Origin: Akkermansia sp.
GTDB lineage: Bacteria > Verrucomicrobiota > Verrucomicrobiia > Verrucomicrobiales > Akkermansiaceae
Assembly (NCBI GenBank): GCA_045132635.1
Contig: JBGUSR010000026.1
Location: 983-64,982, forward strand
DNA length: 64,000 nt
Reading direction: 5' to 3'
The position numbers and the translations under genes were made by a program. The notes under the pieces were generated by a model. The model worked only from the letters and a program-made list of their open reading frames with translations, searched no databases and had not been told where the DNA came from. Positions 15,668 through 22,093 of the stretch are shown here, in pieces. Within the stretch, counting starts at the first letter, position 1, and each line of letters begins with the position of its first letter.

Positions 15668-16867
15668 ATGGCTAAACTCACTGTACGCGACCTCGACGTC
15701 GCCGGCAAGGAAGTGCTCATGCGCGTTGACTTCAACGTGCCCATGAAGGATGGCAAGATTACGAACGATGCCCGTATCGTGGCCGCTCTGCCCACCATCA
15801 AGTACCTGCTCGAGAACGGCGCCCGCCTTGTTCTCTGCTCCCACCTGGGCCGCCCCGAGGGTACCGGCTACCAGGCTGAGTTCTCCCTGGCTGCTGCTGC
15901 CGAGTGCCTTTCCCAGCACCTGGGCAAGCCCGTTGCCTTCGTTCCCGAGACCATCGGTGAGGCCGCCACGGCTGCCCGCGCCGCCCTCAAGGATGGCGAT
16001 GTGATGCTGCTCGACAACGTGCGCTTCGACAAGAAGGAAAAGAAGAATGACCCCGAGTTCGCCAAGGCTCTGCTGGGTGACGCTACCCTGTACGTGAACG
16101 ACGCTTTCGGTTCGGCCCACCGCGCCCACGCCTCCACCGAGGGTGTGACCCACTTCGCCGAGAAGTCCGCCATGGGCTTCCTCATCGAGCGCGAGCTGGA
16201 GTACCTTGAGGGCAAGCTGAGCTCCCCCGAGCAGCCCTTCGTGGTAATCATGGGCGGCGCCAAGGTTTCCGACAAGATTCAGGTGCTCTCCAAGCTCATG
16301 GAGAAGAGCCAGACCTTCATCATCGGCGGCGCTATGGCCAACACCTTCCTGGCTGCCCAGGGCCACGATGTAGGCAACTCCAAGATTGAGGCCGACAAGC
16401 TCGACCTTGCCAACCAGATTCTGGCCGACGCCAAGGCCAAGGGCGTGACCTTCGTGCTGCCCGCCGACACCCGCTACACCTTCAAGTTCGAGGAAGGCGC
16501 AGAGACTTTCTGCACCGCTCCCTGGGCAGAGGGCGGCTCCGTGCCCGCCGAGGGCATGGGCATCGACATCGGCGACAAGGCCATCGAAGAGTTCTGCGGC
16601 ATCCTCAAGGGCGCCAAGACCGTGCTCTGGAACGGCCCGCTGGGCGTGTTCGAGCTCGACTCCTTCGCCAAGGGCACCAAGGCTATCGCCGAATGCCTCG
16701 CCGAGAGCGACTGCACCTCCATCGTGGGTGGTGGTGACTCCGTGACCGCCGCCAAGAAGTTCAAGGTGGCCGACAAGCTTTCCTTCTGCTCCACGGGTGG
16801 CGGCGCCTCCCTCGAGCTGCTGGAAGGCAAGGTACTTCCCGGCATTGGCTCCCTGAGCGAGAAGTAA
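15668..16867 (+). CDS. pgk: phosphoglycerate kinase
   Basis: 399 aa with full-length Pgk-like sequence: RVDFNVPMKDGKITNDARI, SHLGRPEG, FLIERELEYL, IIGGAMANTF, GGGDSV, STGGGASLELLEG. Confidence 0.96.
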   Translation: MAKLTVRDLDVAGKEVLMRVDFNVPMKDGKITNDARIVAALPTIKYLLENGARLVLCSHLGRPEGTGYQAEFSLAAAAECLSQHLGKPVAFVPETIGEAATAARAALKDGDVMLLDNVRFDKKEKKNDPEFAKALLGDATLYVNDAFGSAHRAHASTEGVTHFAEKSAMGFLIERELEYLEGKLSSPEQPFVVIMGGAKVSDKIQVLSKLMEKSQTFIIGGAMANTFLAAQGHDVGNSKIEADKLDLANQILADAKAKGVTFVLPADTRYTFKFEEGAETFCTAPWAEGGSVPAEGMGIDIGDKAIEEFCGILKGAKTVLWNGPLGVFELDSFAKGTKAIAECLAESDCTSIVGGGDSVTAAKKFKVADKLSFCSTGGGASLELLEGKVLPGIGSLSEK

Positions 16868-16898
16868 GGCTCCGGCTTTCTCTGCAATTTAACATCCA

Positions 16899-16936
16899 GG
16901 TAGCCCTGCACCGCCAGGGCTACCTTCTTTTCTTTC
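16899..16936 (+). terminator. rho-independent terminator of pgk
   Basis: 10-bp stem ggtagccctg / cagggctacc with loop caccgc, followed by T-tract ttcttttctttc ending at 16936. That is only 2 nt before the next ATG (16939). Confidence 0.75.
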
Positions 16937-16938
16937 TC

Positions 16939-18126
16939 ATGAAAAAATTCCTCACCTCCCTGATTCTTCCCCTGTTCCTCATCTCTGCCCCGGCGCAGGA
17001 GAAAGGCGATTGCAATTTCTTCATATCCGGCATCCAGAATGAAATCGACACCTGGAACACCTATTTCAGACAGCGCAACATCACGATTCCGGAAACATAC
17101 ACCCCCTTTTCAGAACGCTGCAAGGCCATCTACATGCAGCACCTGTACCAGTTTGCTGCAGAGCGCGAGCACTACGACACCGATACACTGGTTGAAAAAA
17201 TAGTCCCGCAAATCGACAAGGTATTTGTTCATCTGAACAGATATTACAGCATGCTGAAGCTCTACGGCCAGGCCTGCTTCCGCATCACAGAGAACACCCC
17301 GGAACATGAGTACCCGCAGGAGTATAAGGCATACCTCGAAATCATTGAGAACGAATGCACCTTCCTCGCCCTGAATATTCTGAAGCACTGCGTATGGGGC
17401 GCTGGCGACTGCTATCTGATTGGTAATGAAGATCATTACAATGGCATCGAAGCCTGGGCAAAAAAATACCTGGCTCCCATTCACACCCTGCCCCGTCCCC
17501 GCACGGACGCGACCATTGCAAGAATAGCCGAAACGCTGTCCGACTCAGCAATGACTCAGTTCGAGATTAATTTCAGCCTACACGAACCGGACAAACTGCA
17601 GATAACCCAGGCATTCGCCTACACAAATCTACTGGCAAACATTCATCAATACCTCGACTCCTGCCCCCTGAGCGATGAACTGTTCTACGGCAAGAAAGTA
17701 GAACTTGATGGTAGTGGTCTCAGCGCGCTGCTCATCATGCAGCAGGATGAATGGAGCAATCTTCTGGCATACTGTTACAGCGAGGTCTTTATGCCGGAAT
17801 GGCTGACCAGCTACGGAACCGGTGGCGGCGTTCAGACCAAAGAGTTCGTGCAGCAGCAGCTGGCACTGCTCAACTATTTCTCCGGCAACCTGTTCTACGA
17901 ACACGGACCGGAGACAGCCACGGCAGAAACGGACAGCGAGGCCGAGGAACCCCAAGCCACCAGCGAGGAGGCCGTTGCAGCCCAGCCTGCCGCAGGGTCT
18001 GCAATCAATCCGGCCTACCTTCTGCCCCCGCTCTTCATCGTGTTTGTATGGCTCATGAACAGCCTGCTCAACCGAGGGGCCCGCAGGCCTCAAGCAGGCA
18101 GGAAACAGCCCGGAACCGAGAAGTAA
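16939..18126 (+). CDS. exported Cys-rich protein, island paralog A, with LLPPLF-TM-basic C-terminal tail
   Basis: 395 aa with signal peptide MKKFLTSLILPLFLISAPAQ. Clear paralogy to 20820-22037 (e.g. VFVHLNRYYSMLKLYGQACF vs LFVHLNRYYYLLDLYGRTCY; ILKHCVWGAGDCYLIGNEDH vs ILKHCYWGGGDCYIVGDEQH). Acidic linker, then the tail LLPPLFIVFVWLMNSLLNRGARR. Confidence 0.8.
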   Translation: MKKFLTSLILPLFLISAPAQEKGDCNFFISGIQNEIDTWNTYFRQRNITIPETYTPFSERCKAIYMQHLYQFAAEREHYDTDTLVEKIVPQIDKVFVHLNRYYSMLKLYGQACFRITENTPEHEYPQEYKAYLEIIENECTFLALNILKHCVWGAGDCYLIGNEDHYNGIEAWAKKYLAPIHTLPRPRTDATIARIAETLSDSAMTQFEINFSLHEPDKLQITQAFAYTNLLANIHQYLDSCPLSDELFYGKKVELDGSGLSALLIMQQDEWSNLLAYCYSEVFMPEWLTSYGTGGGVQTKEFVQQQLALLNYFSGNLFYEHGPETATAETDSEAEEPQATSEEAVAAQPAAGSAINPAYLLPPLFIVFVWLMNSLLNRGARRPQAGRKQPGTEK

Positions 18127-18154
18127 AGCCCCGCGCTTTGCGCGGCATTTTCAA

Positions 18155-18193
18155 CCACCGGCTTGTACCCCACAGGCCGGTGGCTTTCTTTTT
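18155..18193 (+). terminator. rho-independent terminator after paralog A
   Basis: Stem ccaccggc / gccggtgg (extendable with a G-U pair), followed by ctttcttttt. A short hairpin ccgcg-ctttg-cgcgg lies just upstream at 18131-18145. Confidence 0.7.
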
Positions 18194-18320
18194 GTCTCAT
18201 CACGACGATATACTGCCTGCGCACAGCAACGGAAAACATTCAAGTTTCCTTCGATCCGCTCCGGGGTTGCACTACGCGCAACACGCCGCACCTACACAAC
18301 AAAATCGCAAAGAAAAAGAA

Positions 18321-18348
18321 TTGACAATCAATGAAAAAATAGTACTCT
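18321..18348 (+). promoter_or_regulatory. candidate sigma70-like promoter for the 18470-20677 operon
   Basis: Perfect -35 TTGACA (18321-18326), 16-nt spacer, then TACTCT (18343-18348). It is preceded by the A-rich tract aaagaaaaagaa. The same TACTCT hexamer recurs 17 nt after TTGCAC upstream of paralog B. Confidence 0.4.
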
Positions 18349-18469
18349 AACCACAGCTCCAAGCAACGGCTTTAGGTATTCCTTAAAAGCTTACGCCGGT
18401 GGTCAGAAAACGAGGCTCACCTCACCAGCCACCTCTCCCCAACTCCATTTCCAACAATCGGTTGCACTC

Positions 18470-19288
18470 ATGAAACTTCGTTCACTCGCATTCTTCCTTC
18501 TGCTTTTCTCATTTAAAGCCTCAGCGGTTCAACCCGTCTGGGTAGTGCAGACCTTGAACAATATCCGCCGGGCTGCAGCAGCCACCAGCAAGGGCGTTAA
18601 GGCTGCCAAAACTTTAGGGAAATGCGCCAACGCATTACCCGACAGCAAAATAGACGAGCTGGCAGATATTGCCGATGGTCCTAACGGCTTAAAGGAACTT
18701 AACCAGATACTCGGCAAGGCAAACTATATTGGGCGCTATGGGGATGAGGCAGGGCATCTCATCCTGCAGGATACCTATTTGCGCATAGCCATTAAAAACG
18801 GTCGCATATCAAAGGAGCTGGCAGAGCAGGCCATGGAAAATCTGCCAAACGTACCCGGTCTGACCTCCCTGTTGAGCAAGATTAATTCTACCAGTTTTTC
18901 TCAGGCCAAGGGGCATTTGCGTGAACTGGAACTTGCCATCCATAGCCAACAGCGCGGATTCACCCCAGTATCCTTCGGCCAGAAATTTGCAGATGGGCTC
19001 AAGAAGGGAGACACAGATTTAGATGTGTGCCTGCTCCGAAATGGCATAAACTATGCTATTGAAAGCAAAGCATACGCCAGCAGAGTCCCCAACGATATGG
19101 TAAGAGCAGACGCCGAAAGCCTTCTGGCTTTTAGCAAAGCGGTAGGAAACACCAAACCTGTGTTCTGCTTTGAAACCCCGCCATCCGAAGCCGTACGCCT
19201 CTTCCTGAAGGAGCGTAACATCTCATGCCTTACGGGCTCTGCATCAGAAATAGCCACCAAGCTGGATTTTATCTCAAACCTCAAATAA
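18470..19288 (+). CDS. signal-peptide-bearing protein with C-terminal PD-(D/E)xK (restriction-endonuclease-fold)-like motif
   Basis: 272 aa with N-terminal MKLRSLAFFLLLFSFKASA. The C-terminal half contains GHLRELELAIH ... GDTDLDVCLLRNGINYAIESKAY, which fits helix-E / beta-D / beta-ExK of the PD-(D/E)xK core. AT-richer than flanking core genes. Confidence 0.75.
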   Translation: MKLRSLAFFLLLFSFKASAVQPVWVVQTLNNIRRAAAATSKGVKAAKTLGKCANALPDSKIDELADIADGPNGLKELNQILGKANYIGRYGDEAGHLILQDTYLRIAIKNGRISKELAEQAMENLPNVPGLTSLLSKINSTSFSQAKGHLRELELAIHSQQRGFTPVSFGQKFADGLKKGDTDLDVCLLRNGINYAIESKAYASRVPNDMVRADAESLLAFSKAVGNTKPVFCFETPPSEAVRLFLKERNISCLTGSASEIATKLDFISNLK

Positions 19289-19294
19289 CCGAAC

Positions 19295-20677
19295 ATGAAA
19301 ACTGAAATCAAATCCCTCCTGTGGCTGATTGTTGTATCAGCCTGCACACTCCCGCTCCAAGCCGCTGATTACGGCACATTCGAGAGTTTCTATGAAGTCC
19401 CTCTCCTCAGTCCATGGGAATGGGCACTTATCGTAGGCGGCACGATAGCCGTTGCAGCCTTCGCTTTTGTTACATTTGGCGGAGGCGCAGCAGCAGCGCC
19501 GGCATGGATGGCAACAGTCGGCTCGTGGATTGGCTCAGCAGCGGGGCTTTCCGGCATCGCCGCATCTAATTTTGGTCTGGCCTTGCTGGGCGGCGGTGCC
19601 ACGGCAGCCGGTGGATTAGGGATTGCAGGTGGTGTTGCAGTGCTCACCGCAGCCATGGACCTTAGCGTAGGAGTAGCAGGCTACGCTACCTCTGCAGCCC
19701 TGGAACAATGGGATCGAGCCAAATATATTGAGGCTAACAAAAACATGATGACCCTGCCGCTGCCTCGTAATAGCAACGGTGGCGATGCCTATGAGGAAAC
19801 CATGGAATACCTTGAAGAAAACTATAACAAGGACAAGCCGATTTCTAACGCAATGAACCAGGATATCCTGCGACAGGCAGCCAACAAACTGCAGAAAGAC
19901 GCAACACATGAAGATGACGAAGAATACGCCCTGAAGAACCGTACCTTACTAGCCTTGCTCTATTTACAGCAGAACGAATACGTATCCGCCTACGCTGAAG
20001 CACAGCGCGCCTTGCAACATGCCAGCAATGCAAAGGAAGAAAGCACCCTGGCCGCCTTCATCTGGTCCTTAGCTCAACTGGCAGATCCTTCCAGTCGCTG
20101 CACCAACAACGTGTTGCAAGGCTTGCGAATCGCCTATACTCAGGAGCCGGATAACGACCTCATGCCTATCATGACCGCCTGCTGTATGGACCGACTGATG
20201 TACAGATATCATTATGGCCAACTTTCCATAGACCATTTATCGAATTTCTTCAAAACCATAACCGATTCCAGCATCAAAAAGAAGCACACTTATGCAACCG
20301 TGGAAATTTATGTGACACGCTGTCTCATTGAAATGAGAAGAACCAGGGAGGATATCCGCACTATCGCGCAGGATAAGGATATGATGACGATGAGTGAAGT
20401 CATTAGTGAAGTACATACCCGCATCAACCGCCATAGGCAGCTCCTTTCTATGATGCAGACGCAGATTCTGCCTTATCTTCTTACAAACGCCTCCGACTTC
20501 CCGAAGGAATCCAAGTTGCGTGAGCTTCTTCTTACAAACGCCTCCGACTTCCCGAAGGAATCCAAGGAGCGTAAGCTGAATCTTGCTGAGTTGCTGAATG
20601 AATACTATGAGGACATTGCAAACTTGGAAAGGCAAATACCCGGCAACCAATCTTATTCCCCCTACTTCGGGAGATAA
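19295..20677 (+). CDS. membrane protein: lipoprotein-like signal, glycine-zipper TM region, TPR-like helical C-terminal domain
   Basis: 460 aa. MKTEIKSLLWLIVVSAC has a lipobox-like VSAC. Glycine-zipper stretch: GGGAAAAPAWMATVGSWIGSAAGLSGIAASNFGLALLGGGATAAGGLGIAGGVAVL. Helical repeats follow (YALKNRTLLALLYLQQNEYVSAYAEAQRALQHA). It starts 6 nt after the preceding stop. Confidence 0.8.
   Translation: MKTEIKSLLWLIVVSACTLPLQAADYGTFESFYEVPLLSPWEWALIVGGTIAVAAFAFVTFGGGAAAAPAWMATVGSWIGSAAGLSGIAASNFGLALLGGGATAAGGLGIAGGVAVLTAAMDLSVGVAGYATSAALEQWDRAKYIEANKNMMTLPLPRNSNGGDAYEETMEYLEENYNKDKPISNAMNQDILRQAANKLQKDATHEDDEEYALKNRTLLALLYLQQNEYVSAYAEAQRALQHASNAKEESTLAAFIWSLAQLADPSSRCTNNVLQGLRIAYTQEPDNDLMPIMTACCMDRLMYRYHYGQLSIDHLSNFFKTITDSSIKKKHTYATVEIYVTRCLIEMRRTREDIRTIAQDKDMMTMSEVISEVHTRINRHRQLLSMMQTQILPYLLTNASDFPKESKLRELLLTNASDFPKESKERKLNLAELLNEYYEDIANLERQIPGNQSYSPYFGR
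20477..20566 (+). repeat. in-frame tandem duplication (51-bp period, 39 bp identical)
   Basis: cttcttacaaacgcctccgacttcccgaaggaatccaag occurs at 20477-20515 and again at 20528-20566. It encodes LLTNASDFPKESK twice. Confidence 0.95.
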
Positions 20678-20706
20678 TCGCTCTCACTTTACACAGCCTT
20701 TCACCC

Positions 20707-20743
20707 CACCAGCCTGCACCCACAGGCTGGTGGTTTTCTTTTG
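20707..20743 (+). terminator. rho-independent terminator of the 2-gene operon
   Basis: 10-bp stem caccagcctg / caggctggtg with loop caccca, followed by gttttcttttg. Confidence 0.75.
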
Positions 20744-20773
20744 CCTTCAGCCCGCCCCGTCTGGGTAATTCCC

Positions 20774-20802
20774 TTGCACCGCAAAAAAAATCGTGTTACT
20801 CT
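20774..20802 (+). promoter_or_regulatory. candidate promoter for paralog B
   Basis: TTGCAC (20774-20779), 17-nt spacer containing an A8 run, then TACTCT (20797-20802). The ATG lies 18 nt downstream. Confidence 0.35.
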
Positions 20803-20819
20803 CTCTCCGAACCATTATC

Positions 20820-22037
20820 ATGAAAAAAATTCTTCCATTATTACTGTGTGGTCTCATGCACGGCGCATCTCTTGCAGAGGAAGAAGACTCTCAGGAGCCC
20901 AACTTCTTTCTCAACGCCATCCATGACCAGAGCAGCACCTGGAATGCCTATTACAGGTCTCAGGAGATCAATATCCCGATGACAAAACAGGATTTCCTGA
21001 CTCCGTGCTACGATTTCTTCATCAAGGTCATGCAGGAATACGCTGACGATGAGACAAACTTCTCCGGAGAAATCACCCGGGCACGATTCCTCAACGACAT
21101 CCAGCCACTCATTGACACTCTGTTCGTACACCTGAACCGCTACTATTACCTGCTCGACCTGTACGGCAGAACCTGCTACGGCGTCAATGATGTAAAACCC
21201 GAAGGTGATTTTCCCGAGGAATACCAAGCCTACGTCCGCACTATCAAGAATGAATGCCGCTACCTGAGCCTCCTTATTCTCAAGCATTGCTACTGGGGAG
21301 GAGGTGATTGCTACATCGTCGGCGACGAGCAACATTTCGACGACGTAAACGCCTGGGAAAAGAAGTATCTGACCTCCATACCTCACCTGCCGGATGTCAA
21401 CATACCCTTTACGCCCCCTGCAATATACCGCACTTTATCCGAAAACGCTACGAACCAGTTTGCCATCAAATTCAGCTATTATGAACCAGATAAGATGTTC
21501 AATCACATGGTATTCTCCTATACCAACATGCTGGCAAACCTGCACCTTTATATCAACAAGATTCCACTCAGAGAGGAAGCAAGCGGACGGTCTCCTCTTC
21601 AAGTAGATGAGATAGATAACCAACTGGCTGCGGCCCTCATCATACAGCAGCAGGACGAATGGAGCAAAATTATTCAACTGACTATCAATGAGCTCACTTT
21701 GCCGAATTGCCTGGGATACTTTGGTACAGCAGCCGGATTCAAAACCAGCAATTTCTCAAGCCGCCAGCTGGCGCTTCTCAACTACTTCTCAGGAGACCTG
21801 ATGAATATGCCGGAAAATGCACCGGATACAGAACTTACCTCAGCTGACTCCGCAAAGGAATCAACCGATATAAGGGAAAACGGAATAGATGAAGGCGCTG
21901 ATACAAGTGAATCCACCACCGCACCGGCCCGACTCCTTCCCCCTCTATTCGTCCTGGGATTGTGGCTCTTAAATCTCCTGTTCAGCGGAAGTACCAGGCG
22001 TAATAAACAAACCAGCACTCCACCTGGCAATTCGTAA
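20820..22037 (+). CDS. exported Cys-rich protein, island paralog B, with LLPPLF-TM-basic C-terminal tail
   Basis: The track ORF starts at GTG 20793, but the ATG at 20820 gives signal peptide MKKILPLLLCGLMHGASLA. Paralog of 16939-18126 along its whole length. C-terminal tail LLPPLFVLGLWLLNLLFSGSTRRNK. Confidence 0.8.
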   Translation: MKKILPLLLCGLMHGASLAEEEDSQEPNFFLNAIHDQSSTWNAYYRSQEINIPMTKQDFLTPCYDFFIKVMQEYADDETNFSGEITRARFLNDIQPLIDTLFVHLNRYYYLLDLYGRTCYGVNDVKPEGDFPEEYQAYVRTIKNECRYLSLLILKHCYWGGGDCYIVGDEQHFDDVNAWEKKYLTSIPHLPDVNIPFTPPAIYRTLSENATNQFAIKFSYYEPDKMFNHMVFSYTNMLANLHLYINKIPLREEASGRSPLQVDEIDNQLAAALIIQQQDEWSKIIQLTINELTLPNCLGYFGTAAGFKTSNFSSRQLALLNYFSGDLMNMPENAPDTELTSADSAKESTDIRENGIDEGADTSESTTAPARLLPPLFVLGLWLLNLLFSGSTRRNKQTSTPPGNS

Positions 22038-22093
22038 TTTACAGTCAGGGTAATCTGTGCTACCCTCTCCCCGCGAACTTATTCGGCAATTTT

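Noticed and set aside
18155-18193. Terminators at 18155-18193, 20707-20743 and 63739-63771 share a CCCACAGG(C) loop/right-arm word
   Set aside because: The similarity is limited to about 8 nt within GC-rich hairpins of different stems. This is most simply convergent terminator design or genome word bias, not a repeat family.
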